Source: Thermodesulfobacteriota bacterium (lineage in GTDB: Bacteria > Desulfobacterota > Binatia > Bin18). Taken from it: a stretch of DNA of 64,000 nucleotides. The position numbers and the translations under genes were made by a program. The DNA lies in the NCBI GenBank assembly GCA_964291405.2, contig OZ219926.1, positions 1,984,001 to 2,048,000 of the forward strand, read 5' to 3'. The notes beneath the pieces were generated by a model. It had not been told where the DNA came from and made no database searches. It saw only the letters and a program-made list of their open reading frames with translations. Position 1 is the first letter of the stretch. Each line of letters starts with the position of its first letter. This document shows positions 1-9,502 of the stretch, piece by piece.

Positions 1-2
1 GC

Positions 3-461
3 GATGGTCAGTACCTCTCCATCGGCTCGATTGAAGCCAAATTCTATGCGGAACTGCTGCGTTTGACCGGGCTGGAGAGAGAAGAGCTGCCCCACCAGAA
101 CAACCGGACCGAGTGGCCATCGCTGACCGAAAAACTGGCCGCAATTTTTAAGACCAGGACCCTGGCGGAGTGGAACGAACTCCTGGAGGGCAGCGACATC
201 TGCTACGCACCGGTTCTCAATATGGCCGATGCGCCCAACCATCCGCACAACCAGGAACGTGGCACGTTTGTCGAGGTCGAGGGAGTCCCGCAGCCAGCTC
301 CGGCGCCGCGCTTCAGTCGCACCCCGAGCGCCATCCAGCGCCCGCCCGCCAGCCCGGGCGAGCATACGGAAGAGGCCCTGCGCGATTGGGGCTTTGATAC
401 CGGGGAGCTTGAGCGGTTGCGCGGAAGCGGCGCGATCGGCGTTCGGACCGCGGCAAAATAA
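3..461 (+). CDS. CaiB/BaiF (class III) CoA-transferase / alpha-methylacyl-CoA racemase family, 5'-truncated by window edge
   Basis: Frame open from base 3 (DGQYLSIGSIEAKFYAELL...); C-terminal QPAPAPRFSRTP and PGEHTEEAL motifs. Confidence 0.9.
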   Translation, partial: DGQYLSIGSIEAKFYAELLRLTGLEREELPHQNNRTEWPSLTEKLAAIFKTRTLAEWNELLEGSDICYAPVLNMADAPNHPHNQERGTFVEVEGVPQPAPAPRFSRTPSAIQRPPASPGEHTEEALRDWGFDTGELERLRGSGAIGVRTAAK

Positions 462-517
462 TCCTAGCAGCCCAGCGAAACGGTGCTGGGCGGTCTCATC
501 CTTATCCGGTGCAGGGT

Positions 518-545
518 GTAGGGGCAATTCATGAATTGCCCCTAC
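518..545. repeat. Perfect 28-bp palindrome, GTAG-type REP-like element (copy 1)
   Basis: GTAGGGGCAATTCATGAATTGCCCCTAC is self-complementary; identical copy at 1553-1580. Confidence 0.85.
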
Positions 546-593
546 GGCGCTCACTTTGATATGTCCTCACCGCTCTGAAACGGAGCCGACACG

Positions 594-1556
594 ATGCAAC
601 TCGGTGTAATTGGTTTAGGCCGGATGGGTGGCAATATGGTCCGCCGCCTCATGCGTGGCGGACATGCGTGTGTGGTGTTTGATCTGAATGCGCAAACGGT
701 CAAACAGTGCGAGCGGGACGGGGCGGTTGGTGCGTCTTCACTCGATGATCTGATCCAAAAGCTCACGCCGCCCCGCGCCGTGTGGGTCATGCTGCCGGCG
801 GGCGCGGCAACGGATGAAACGGTAACCGCCCTAGCCGAGAGAATGGACGCGGACGACATTATTATTGATGGCGGAAACTCGCATTTTAAGGACGACATTC
901 GACGGGCCGAAGCCCTCAAACCGAAAGGGCTCCATTACGTGGATGTTGGGACGAGCGGTGGGGTGTGGGGAGTCGAGCGCGGCTATTGTCTGACAATCGG
1001 CGGGGAACAAGAATCGGTCCGGCGACTCGATCCGATTTTTCGTACCCTGGCCCCCGGCAAGGGGGACATTCCAGAAACGCCGGGTCGCGATCAGATGAGC
1101 GGTACGGCTGAGGAGGGCTATCTGCACTGCGGCCCGGCCGGAGCCGGGCATTTTGTGAAAATGGTCCATAACGGCATCGAGTACGGGCTGATGCAGGCCT
1201 ATGCCGAAGGCTTTGATATCCTGCGAAGCGCCCGCGGCAGCGGACTGGACTATCACTACGAGTTGAATCTGCCGGATATTGCCGAGGTGTGGCGCCGCGG
1301 CAGCGTGGTTGGCTCCTGGTTGCTGGATTTGACGGCTATGGCGCTGGCGGAAAGCCCGGAGCTGTCCGAGTTCTCCGGTGAGGTCCAGGATTCAGGCGAA
1401 GGCCGCTGGACGATTGCAACGGCCGTTGAGGAGGCGGTTCCCGCCGATGTCCTGTCAGCAGCGCTCTATGCGCGCTTTCGGTCCCGCCAGGCTCATACCT
1501 TTGCCGAGAAAATCTTATCGGCCATGCGCTTCAAGTTCGGCGGGCACCGCGAGTAG
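594..1556 (+). CDS. gnd: 6-phosphogluconate dehydrogenase, decarboxylating (short YqeC type)
   Basis: GLGRMG Rossmann motif, [40 protein letters not shown]. Confidence 0.95.
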   Translation: MQLGVIGLGRMGGNMVRRLMRGGHACVVFDLNAQTVKQCERDGAVGASSLDDLIQKLTPPRAVWVMLPAGAATDETVTALAERMDADDIIIDGGNSHFKDDIRRAEALKPKGLHYVDVGTSGGVWGVERGYCLTIGGEQESVRRLDPIFRTLAPGKGDIPETPGRDQMSGTAEEGYLHCGPAGAGHFVKMVHNGIEYGLMQAYAEGFDILRSARGSGLDYHYELNLPDIAEVWRRGSVVGSWLLDLTAMALAESPELSEFSGEVQDSGEGRWTIATAVEEAVPADVLSAALYARFRSRQAHTFAEKILSAMRFKFGGHRE

Positions 1557-1580
1557 GGGCAATTCATGAATTGCCCCTAC
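1553..1580. repeat. Perfect 28-bp palindrome, GTAG-type REP-like element (copy 2), supplying the gnd TAG stop
   Basis: Identical to 518-545; its TAG (1554-1556) is the gnd stop codon. Confidence 0.85.
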
Positions 1581-1673
1581 AGTTTGCGGGAAACAATTCG
1601 GCATGAGAGAAAGAGTAAACGTGTTCAGCATCTACATGCTGGTTAGAGGACACATTTACTCTTTAAAACCGTC

Positions 1674-2708
1674 ATGACAACCCATGTCCTGGCCGGTGAT
1701 ATTGGCGGAACCAAGACAAACCTGGCCCTGTATGCGCTTGAGGGAGAAGATGAGCTCCGCCTCGTTCGGGAATCTTCTTTTCCAAGTGCCCAATATGCCG
1801 GGCTGGAGGACGTCATTGCCGACTTTCTTGCGGGGGAAGTTTCCCCCGAGCCCCCTCTTCGCTCCAGTGAGGTGGACGCGGTCATAGCGGCCGGTGCATT
1901 TGGTATTGCCGGTCCAGTTCTTGACGGCAGGGTCGAAGCGACAAATCTGCCCTGGAAAGTTGACACTCCCGACATCCGTCAGGCCATTGGTGGCGGCCGG
2001 GTCCGGCTCATGAACGACCTTGAGGCAACCGCCTATGGGGCGTTATTCCTGCCTGCGGCTGAAATCCTGACACTTAATGCGGGAAAACCTCGACGCGGCA
2101 ACTGTGCGGTGATTGCGGCCGGAACCGGCCTGGGGCAGGCCTTTCTGTTCTGGGATGGGCAAGGCTATAGGCCCGTGGCCACGGAAGGCGGTCATGTTGA
2201 TTTCCCGCCGCGGAACGAAAAAGAAGTATCCCTGTTGCACTTCCTCAGCAAGCAGCACGACGGACGAGTGTCCTATGAGCGTGTGCTGTCCGGCCCCGGC
2301 CTGGTGAGTATCTTCAACTTTTTATGTCAGGTATTACAGCGGCCTGTGGCCGAGACCCTGCGGGCGCGCCTGCACGCCGAGGATGCGGCCGCGGTCATTG
2401 GCGAAGCGGGTGTCACCGGCAGGTGCCGGACCTGCGAGGAAGCGGTGGACCTGTTCGTGAGTTTGTACGGGGCTCAAGCCGGCAATCTGGCCTTAACGGT
2501 GATGAGTGTTGGCGGGGTGTATATTGGCGGTGGGATCGTGACCAAGCTGCTGCCCAAGATGACATCCGGCGGGTTTATGCGGTCCTTTACGGACAAGGGG
2601 CGCTTCAGCCAACTCCTGCAGGATATGCCGGTTCGTATCATTCTGAATCCCAAGGCGGCCCAGGTCGGCGCGGCCCACGCGGCCCGAGCGCTGGTGGACC
2701 AAGGTTGA
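1674..2708 (+). CDS. glk: Glucokinase (E. coli Glk type)
   Basis: LAGDIGGTKT, TNLPW, MNDLEA, GTGLG, TEGGH, ERVLSGPGL, YIGGGI. Confidence 0.95.
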   Translation: MTTHVLAGDIGGTKTNLALYALEGEDELRLVRESSFPSAQYAGLEDVIADFLAGEVSPEPPLRSSEVDAVIAAGAFGIAGPVLDGRVEATNLPWKVDTPDIRQAIGGGRVRLMNDLEATAYGALFLPAAEILTLNAGKPRRGNCAVIAAGTGLGQAFLFWDGQGYRPVATEGGHVDFPPRNEKEVSLLHFLSKQHDGRVSYERVLSGPGLVSIFNFLCQVLQRPVAETLRARLHAEDAAAVIGEAGVTGRCRTCEEAVDLFVSLYGAQAGNLALTVMSVGGVYIGGGIVTKLLPKMTSGGFMRSFTDKGRFSQLLQDMPVRIILNPKAAQVGAAHAARALVDQG

Positions 2709-2744
2709 GCCGGCCGCCTCGACTACTGTCGAGCGACCCCCCTC

Positions 2745-4730
2745 TTATTTGATCTTGCCCGTCTGGGTTGTGTCGTAGCCGTCCAGTTGTTCGACTGCGC
2801 GCTTGAAAGCGTCGGAGCGGATGACGGCAACGAGCCGCTGGCCTGTGTCGCCGTTGAAGAAGTCTTTCTGAAAGACGAGGTCGTACTCCTCGCGCTCAAT
2901 GGGAACAAAGTCGAGCCCCAGGGCTTTGGCGGCTGATTTGACGCCAAGACCGGTATCCATAAGACCGCTGGCGATGGCCACCGCGACCGCCATATGGGTA
3001 GTTTCTTCACGTTCGTAGCCCTTGACGCGTTCCGGTTTGATGCGGAGTTTACCGAGCTTATAGTCCAACAGCACGCGCGTACCCGCCCCCGGCTGGCGAT
3101 TGATAAAGGTGACGTCCTTGCGCGTCAGGTCTCTGAGATTCTTGATCTTTTTGGGATTGCCTTTCGGAACGATCAGGCCCTGTTCACGAATGACCAGATT
3201 CATCACGACCGACTTGGTGAGCAGCCGCTGCTTTTTGAGGTCGGGCAGATTATAGACACCACTGGCGGGATCAAGCAGGTGGGTGCCGACCATATGAGCC
3301 TCGCCCCGTCTCAGGGCGACCAGACCACCGAGTGAACCGATATTGCTGGCGGATATTTTGAGACCTGGATGCTGGGCGCGGAGTTGATCGTCAAGCACGC
3401 CGATGGTCAGGTCGTTGCTGCCGGTAAACAGAACCGTGTTGGCGATTTCCTCTGCCGGCCTCAGGAGTTCGACCTGCACCTCCGTGCCCGCGTTCAACCC
3501 TTCGTCCAAGGACGGAATACGCAACACTCCGTCGGCCTTAACCATAGTGGTGATAACTCCGGCGCCGCGGCCGATGGGGTTGGCCACGATCGTATCGCCA
3601 ACCTGCCCGAGGTTGACCCGGACAAACTCTTCCAGGCCGAGCCGCGATGGGACCTTGCGGGGCAGGACCGCCCTGATCTTCGCGGGCTCCTCTGCCGGCC
3701 GACCGAGATAATGGGCGATCAGTTTGTGCAGGACCTGCTGACAGATTACGACCGCGGAAACCGGATAGCCGGGCAGGCCGATGACCGGCGTGCCGTCAAG
3801 AACCGCCAGAATTGCGGGCTTACCGGGCATGACATCAATGCCGTGGACCAGGATGTCGCCCAGCGATTCCAGGGCCCGTAGCGTAAAATCGTGCTCACCG
3901 GCCGAGGAGCCGGCAATGATGATAACGATGTCGTGCCGCTTGACCGCTTTTGCCAGCGCCCGAGTAATGGTTTTGAGATCGTCCACGACTCGGGACAGAC
4001 GCTTGGACGTACCGCCCCACTCTTCGACAAAAGCCCCGGCAACACGGGAGTTGAATTCGATAATCCGGCCCGGTTCGGCCGGATCGCCGGGTTCGATCAG
4101 TTCCGAGCCGGTCGGGATAATGCCGACCGTCGGTGGGGCTATGACCGGAATGGTGGTGTGACCGGCGGCCAGCAGCGCGCCCAGATCGTACGGCCTCAGC
4201 TTATGGCCGCGCGGCAGCAGCGGTTCGGTGGCAACAATGTCCTCGCCGACGAGGCGGACGTGCTGCCACGGGGTGGCGGAATCACGAATTTCAATCTCGG
4301 CGGCGCTTTTCTTAAACACCCGCTCGATCATGACGACCGCATTGGCCCAGGTCGGAATGGGGTGGCCGGTATCGACATACTGAAACGGAGGCGGGGTGGC
4401 CGCACCGTTCCTTTTCCGGCGCGGCCGGGCGTCTTTTGCGACCCGCTTGAGCGCCAGCGGAGCAAACTCACTGGCGCCGAACGTATCCTCGGCGCGCACG
4501 GCAATGCCGTCCATGGCCGCACCGTGGTAATGCGGGGCGGACAGCACCGCGAAAATGGGTTCGGCGGTGGTGCGGTGGAGTGCCTTTTCGACCGGAATCC
4601 GTTCGGTTTTCGGACTGGGCGGGACGGCACCAAGAAAAATATCGAGGGCGTCTTCCAGCGATTTCTTTTTGAGATAGCGCTTGCGGTCGGTCTTGGCGGC
4701 GGGCTGTCCAGGCGGGTGATGGTCGTGCAT
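2745..4730 (-). CDS. moeA: Molybdopterin molybdotransferase MoeA fused to a C-terminal periplasmic-binding-protein (LysR-substrate-like) domain
   Basis: AAMDGIAV, PTGSEL, MPGKP, GLPGYPVS, then GSLGGL, FINRQPGAGTR and THMAVA of the PBP domain. Confidence 0.92.
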   Translation of the reverse strand: MHDHHPPGQPAAKTDRKRYLKKKSLEDALDIFLGAVPPSPKTERIPVEKALHRTTAEPIFAVLSAPHYHGAAMDGIAVRAEDTFGASEFAPLALKRVAKDARPRRKRNGAATPPPFQYVDTGHPIPTWANAVVMIERVFKKSAAEIEIRDSATPWQHVRLVGEDIVATEPLLPRGHKLRPYDLGALLAAGHTTIPVIAPPTVGIIPTGSELIEPGDPAEPGRIIEFNSRVAGAFVEEWGGTSKRLSRVVDDLKTITRALAKAVKRHDIVIIIAGSSAGEHDFTLRALESLGDILVHGIDVMPGKPAILAVLDGTPVIGLPGYPVSAVVICQQVLHKLIAHYLGRPAEEPAKIRAVLPRKVPSRLGLEEFVRVNLGQVGDTIVANPIGRGAGVITTMVKADGVLRIPSLDEGLNAGTEVQVELLRPAEEIANTVLFTGSNDLTIGVLDDQLRAQHPGLKISASNIGSLGGLVALRRGEAHMVGTHLLDPASGVYNLPDLKKQRLLTKSVVMNLVIREQGLIVPKGNPKKIKNLRDLTRKDVTFINRQPGAGTRVLLDYKLGKLRIKPERVKGYEREETTHMAVAVAIASGLMDTGLGVKSAAKALGLDFVPIEREEYDLVFQKDFFNGDTGQRLVAVIRSDAFKRAVEQLDGYDTTQTGKIK

Positions 4731-4739
4731 GGTGAACCA

Positions 4740-6029
4740 CTAGAACAGAATCACTTCAACTTCTTCTCCGGCCTCGCGGCCTTCTTCATTATGGGGGATG
4801 CAGACCATGCCGTCGGCCTGCACCAGGCTGAAGATTGCGCCGGATTTCCCCGGCAGCGGCTGGGCGAGCTGCGAGCCTCGCTCTCCATTTGGGGAGGCGT
4901 TTTGCAGCGTGACCCGGACGTAATCCTCCCGTCCAGGGGCGGAGGCAATGTTCTGGGCCAGCCGGGCGCGAGCCGTGCGCAACGGTACAAAGGCCGTGGC
5001 CGCGGACTCGCCGCCTATCATCCGCACCAGCGGCGCGCCAAAGAGGGCAAAAACAACCAGCGCCGACACCGGGTGACCGGGCAGACCCATGACCGGCTTG
5101 CCAGCGGCGCGGGCAAAGATCGTCGGCTTGCCCGGAGCAATGGAAATACCGTGAAAGAAGAGTTCCGAGCGCGGAAAGGAACAGATGACATCCAGCGCCA
5201 TGTCCTTGATGCCCACCGAACTGCCGCCGGAGACCATCACGACGTCGGCGGCTTTCAGTGCGGTGGAGAGCGCCTGGGTAAACGCCTGCGGATCATCTTT
5301 GATAACCCCCAGGTCCGTCACAGTCCCGCCACATTCGGTAATCATGGCGTGGAGAGAATACTGGTTCACGTTCCGGACCTGGCCGGGGCGGGGGGAGCGT
5401 GAGGGCGGAATGATTTCATCGCCCGTGGAAATCAGCGCTACGGTCGGGCGTTTATAGACCGGCACTTTGGTAATCCCCACGCCGGTAAGCGCGCCGATAT
5501 CGTGGGCGCGCAGACGGCGGCCGGCAGGAAAGATCGGCTTCTTCTTTTTGATGTCCTCGCCAACGCGGAGAATATTTTCCCACGGTGATACGCTGCGTAA
5601 GACCTCGACCGTCCCGTCGCCCAGCTCTTCGGTGTATTCCACCATGACCATGGAGTTCGCGCCTGGCGGGAGCATGCCGCCGGTCGCAATCCGCATGGTC
5701 TCGCCCTTCTTGAGCCGACGTTTCGCTTCCGAGCCCATCTCGATTGACCCAACGAGTTTCAGATAGGCCGGCAGACTGGCCGACGCCCCAAACGTATCCT
5801 GGGCGCGGACCGCATAGCCGTCCATATTCGTTCGGTTGAAATGGGGCAGATCGACCGGCGAGGTCAAGGGCTTGGCCAGCGTCCGCCCGCAGGCGTCGAG
5901 TACCGGGATCTGTTCGCTTTTGGTCTGGGGAGCAAAGGCGGCAAGCTGGCGGCGGGCTTCCTCGGACGTCACCACCCGAAAAAAGGCTTTGACCGGGGCC
6001 GGGGCTAGAGCCGCTGATGCGCGAGGCAC
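4740..6029 (-). CDS. moeA: Molybdopterin molybdotransferase MoeA (gephyrin-like)
   Basis: MDGYAV, IATGG, STGDE, SGGSSVG, PGKP, GLPGHPVS. Confidence 0.93.
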   Translation of the reverse strand: MPRASAALAPAPVKAFFRVVTSEEARRQLAAFAPQTKSEQIPVLDACGRTLAKPLTSPVDLPHFNRTNMDGYAVRAQDTFGASASLPAYLKLVGSIEMGSEAKRRLKKGETMRIATGGMLPPGANSMVMVEYTEELGDGTVEVLRSVSPWENILRVGEDIKKKKPIFPAGRRLRAHDIGALTGVGITKVPVYKRPTVALISTGDEIIPPSRSPRPGQVRNVNQYSLHAMITECGGTVTDLGVIKDDPQAFTQALSTALKAADVVMVSGGSSVGIKDMALDVICSFPRSELFFHGISIAPGKPTIFARAAGKPVMGLPGHPVSALVVFALFGAPLVRMIGGESAATAFVPLRTARARLAQNIASAPGREDYVRVTLQNASPNGERGSQLAQPLPGKSGAIFSLVQADGMVCIPHNEEGREAGEEVEVILF

Positions 6030-6808
6030 GGCAGTTCCTTCCTCACTTTTTCCAGATAATCGAGATCAATCTCGGCAGTGATGAAACACTCGCGGTCGGG
6101 CGCTCGGGCAAGAATCTTGCCCCACGGATCAATAATCATGGAGTTGCCATAGTCGGCAAAGCCGTACACGTTTTTGCCGATCTGGTTCGGGGCAATGATA
6201 TACACCTGGTTCTCAATGGCCCGCGCCCGCAGCAAGGCTTCCCAGTGGGCCGCGCCGGTCGGAAAGGTAAACGCCGACGGAACGGAGATGATTTCCGCGC
6301 CCTTGCGGGAGAGCCCCCGGTAGAGTTCAGGGAAACGGAGATCGTAGCAGACCGAAAGGCCTACCGTGCCGAGCGGCGTGGAGGCCACGACGACTTCTTC
6401 CCCCGGCTTCATGCTGTCGGACTCTCTGACGCTGACCTGACCTGGGATATCAACGTCAAAGAGGTGGATCTTGCGGTACTGGGCCAGGAGGTCGCCCTGC
6501 GGGCTGATCAGCAGACTGGTATTATAGGCGCGGGCCTCATTCGATTTTTCGAGGAAGGAACCGGCCAGCAGATGGACCCCGAGTTGGGTTGCCAAATCCT
6601 GTAGGCGGTGTGTGGTCGGACCGGGGATGGGCTCGACCTGTTCGGGCTCTTTTCTATGCCGCCCGCGCCAGGAAAAGACCTCCGGCAGCACGACCAGGGC
6701 GGCGCCCCGTTCTGCGGCCAGGCGTACAAATGTTTCGGCCTTGGCCAGATTCTCTTCTTTTGAGGCGGACGCGGTCATTTGCACTGCCGCGGCGAGGTAG
6801 GATCGCAT
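6005..6808 (-). CDS. Carbon-nitrogen hydrolase (Nit1/Nit2-like, probable deaminated glutathione amidase)
   Basis: E-K-C triad: LPEVF, YRKIHLFD, VCYDLRFPE; ARAIENQ. Confidence 0.9.
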   Translation of the reverse strand: MRSYLAAAVQMTASASKEENLAKAETFVRLAAERGAALVVLPEVFSWRGRHRKEPEQVEPIPGPTTHRLQDLATQLGVHLLAGSFLEKSNEARAYNTSLLISPQGDLLAQYRKIHLFDVDIPGQVSVRESDSMKPGEEVVVASTPLGTVGLSVCYDLRFPELYRGLSRKGAEIISVPSAFTFPTGAAHWEALLRARAIENQVYIIAPNQIGKNVYGFADYGNSMIIDPWGKILARAPDRECFITAEIDLDYLEKVRKELPCLAHQRL

Positions 6809-6944
6809 GATTCAGACTCCTTCAGTCTCTGAGGACGAAGACTACCGAACGCCTCACAGAGGGTCAAGAGAAGAGGCAGGCACTTTGCGACTCCCATCTG
6901 TTTCGATACAGATACATGAGAGTGATCCCACGGTCTCTTTCACT

Positions 6945-7235
6945 ATGCGATCTCATACGAATAGAGCCAGTTGGCGGTGGCGGCTTCAACTCATGGGGGG
7001 AGGCCTGGCAGTCTGTGGGATGTTCCTCGCGGGCTGCCAAACGCTTCAGTATGCGCTGTCTTTTGCCGAGTCGAGGCGTGACCCGCAGCTTGCCCGGATA
7101 TTGGGCACACGAGCGGAACTGGAGGAGCAGTACTGGCAGTGCCGGGTCGAGCACGGGTCCGCCGACGCCGCCGAGTGTGCCCAGTACAAACGAGAGTTGG
7201 ACAAGCCGCCGGCGCTGCCGGCTGCCTCAGAGTAG
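6945..7235 (+). CDS. Small hypothetical lipoprotein
   Basis: Basic N-terminus, hydrophobic stretch, lipobox LAGC; two further Cys; fills gap between genes. Confidence 0.5.
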   Translation: MRSHTNRASWRWRLQLMGGGLAVCGMFLAGCQTLQYALSFAESRRDPQLARILGTRAELEEQYWQCRVEHGSADAAECAQYKRELDKPPALPAASE

Positions 7236-7265
7236 GAGCCCCAACACCAGCGGACGGCTCCCCGC

Positions 7266-8024
7266 TCAGGACCTCGGCATATCCATAACGGCCATGCCCT
7301 CCAGAGCCAGCCCATAGCCCAGACCGTCAAGCATCAGTTTTTTGATCTGATGGGTAATGGAGATGCGTGCATACCGTAGCGTCAGCGGAGGCTGTTTGGC
7401 CAATTGTTCGGCCAGCTCCCAGGCGCGAGCGGACAGTTGATCCGGTGGCAGCACCTCATTCACCACCCCAAGGCTGAGCGCCTCCTGGGCGGACAGCTTT
7501 TGCCCGGTCAGGAGAAAATAGCGCCCCCGGTTGGCCCCCAAAAGTAGCGGCCAAACCAGATGGACGCCGTCACCCGGTACGATACCATTTGGAAAATGGG
7601 GAGCATCCTGAAACGCCGCGGTCTCGGACGCCAGCACGATATCGCACAGCACGGGGATCTCGGCATGAATGAGGGCCGGCCCGTTGACTGCGGATATCAT
7701 CGGTACGGGAATGTCGAGCAGATTCATCAGCAGACGCTTGCCTTCCCAATACACGGTGTCCCAGCCGCGTGGCGTACCCAGGCTATCCCCAAAGCTGGCA
7801 AAATCGATATCCGCACAATAGCTGTCGCCCGTTCCGGCCAGAATAACAACTTTATTCTCCGGGTCGGCTCCGATATCAACGCAGGCGTGGCCGATTTCGC
7901 GGTGGGCCGGTTCATTCCAGACCAGCGGCCCGTCGTTGACGTGAAAGGTGACTTCGAGAATGCCGTTGCGACGCTGCATTTTCATTGTCTCGTACTTATT
8001 GGCATAATCTTCCAATTGGCTCAT
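7266..8024 (-). CDS. Crotonase superfamily, 6-oxocamphor hydrolase (CamK)-like
   Basis: Start MSQLEDY after AGGAGG; VNGPALIHAEI, FQDAPHFPNGIVPGDG. Confidence 0.8.
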   Translation of the reverse strand: MSQLEDYANKYETMKMQRRNGILEVTFHVNDGPLVWNEPAHREIGHACVDIGADPENKVVILAGTGDSYCADIDFASFGDSLGTPRGWDTVYWEGKRLLMNLLDIPVPMISAVNGPALIHAEIPVLCDIVLASETAAFQDAPHFPNGIVPGDGVHLVWPLLLGANRGRYFLLTGQKLSAQEALSLGVVNEVLPPDQLSARAWELAEQLAKQPPLTLRYARISITHQIKKLMLDGLGYGLALEGMAVMDMPRS

Positions 8025-8137
8025 CTGTCCCCTCCTGTGTGCTTTTACATCTTCTTCTAACGCTTCTCTCAGGGCGCTGTCGAGAGATATGGTATATGAG
8101 GAATACGTCTGCACCAATAAAAGAAAGGTGAATAGCC

Positions 8138-8800
8138 ATGCCGCAGTTTGAGAGAACCGAGCGAACCCGATTACGCCGCATGCCGGAGCGCGCGTCGTAC
8201 GACGCCGCAGTCGTCGGGGCCATTTTGTCGGAAGGCTTGTACTGTCATGTCGGCTTCAGCGTTGACGGCCAACCGTATGTGATTCCCACGATCTACGCGC
8301 ATATTGAGGATCGTCTGTATATTCACGGTTCGGCTGCGAGCCGGATGCTACGCACGATTGGGGAGAGTCTGCCGGTTTGCGTCACGGTTACCCTGATGGA
8401 CGGTCTGGTGCTGGCCCGTTCTGCCTTTCATCATTCGATGAATTATCGTTCCGTGGTGATTCTCGGTCAGGCGACAGAAGTCACCGATCCGAACGAAAAG
8501 CAGACCGCCCTCAAAGCCATTGTCGATCACGTCATGCCCGAACGCTGGGCTGACGTCCGCGAACCCTCGGCTCAGGAACTGAAGGCCACCAGCGTAATCC
8601 GAGTGCCCCTGGAAGAGGTGTCGGCAAAAATTCGTACCGGGCCACCGGTGGATGCGGAGGAAGACTATCAGCTCAACTGCTGGGCGGGCGAGCTGCCGTT
8701 GCACCTGGTGCCGCAACAGCCGGTCGCTGACCCGCAACTCCGGGCCGGTATCGCTCTGCCGGAGTACGCGAAAGATTATCAACGTTCCGGAGAGAAATGA
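8138..8800 (+). CDS. Pyridoxamine 5'-phosphate oxidase family flavin-nucleotide-binding protein
   Basis: PYVIPT, HGSAASRM, LARSAFHHSMNYRSV, SAKIRTGPP. Confidence 0.9.
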   Translation: MPQFERTERTRLRRMPERASYDAAVVGAILSEGLYCHVGFSVDGQPYVIPTIYAHIEDRLYIHGSAASRMLRTIGESLPVCVTVTLMDGLVLARSAFHHSMNYRSVVILGQATEVTDPNEKQTALKAIVDHVMPERWADVREPSAQELKATSVIRVPLEEVSAKIRTGPPVDAEEDYQLNCWAGELPLHLVPQQPVADPQLRAGIALPEYAKDYQRSGEK

Positions 8801-9435
8801 TGTACTGCCCAGAAGCATTTGTGGTTTCAGACCCCGAACAGCTCCAGAGTTTTATCGAGCAATACAGCTTTGCCACGTTAGTGAACACCGTAGATGGCCA
8901 TCCTTTTGCAACGCATCTTCCACTCCTTCTTGACATCAGCACTTCAGCGCACGGGACACTGCTTGGTCACATGGCGCGGGCCAACCCGCAATGGCAGACT
9001 TTCGAGGGCAGTCAGGAAGTGCTCGCTATATTTCAAGGACCGCACTCCTATATCTCCCCGAGTTGGTACGAGACGACGCCGGCTGTTCCAACTTGGAATT
9101 ATGCAACGGTGCACGTGTATGGCGTGCCTCGCATTATCGAGGATAGCGAGCGGCTCGCGACTTTGGTTGACCGGCTTACCACCGTCTACGAGTCCGGGAT
9201 GCCACAACCATGGCCAGGAGATATCCCGAGGGACTTTAAGCAAAAGCTGCTCAAGGCCATTGTCGGCTTTGTGATTGATATCACACGCATTGAAGGAAAA
9301 TTCAAACTTGGTCAGAACAGGCCGCTTGCGGATCAACAGGCGGTAGCCCGACGGCTCGCTACGCAGGCTGATCCCGTTGCGCATGAATTGAGCGCGCTGA
9401 CGCTGGCACAGCTCGCAAAAAATGCTTCCGTCTGA
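8797..9435 (+). CDS. paiB: PaiB-family FMN/haem-binding split-barrel protein
   Basis: ATHLP, GHMARANPQW, GPHSYISPSWY, VPTWNY, KFKLGQN; ATGA overlap with upstream gene. Confidence 0.88.
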   Translation: MMYCPEAFVVSDPEQLQSFIEQYSFATLVNTVDGHPFATHLPLLLDISTSAHGTLLGHMARANPQWQTFEGSQEVLAIFQGPHSYISPSWYETTPAVPTWNYATVHVYGVPRIIEDSERLATLVDRLTTVYESGMPQPWPGDIPRDFKQKLLKAIVGFVIDITRIEGKFKLGQNRPLADQQAVARRLATQADPVAHELSALTLAQLAKNASV

Positions 9436-9502
9436 ACGCTGGAGGGGGTTGGCTTAACGAAAAAGAATAACGAAAAAGAATATTCCCGCCGAACACTGCA
9501 CC

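Noticed and set aside
518-1580. 28-bp repeats as a CRISPR array
   Set aside because: Only two copies, 1 kb apart, separated by a full gene; no cas genes.
3891-5402. Long antisense ORFs (also 20925-22760, 48939-50372, 45149-46204)
   Set aside because: Shadow ORFs opposite well-supported genes in high-GC DNA, with no recognisable motifs.
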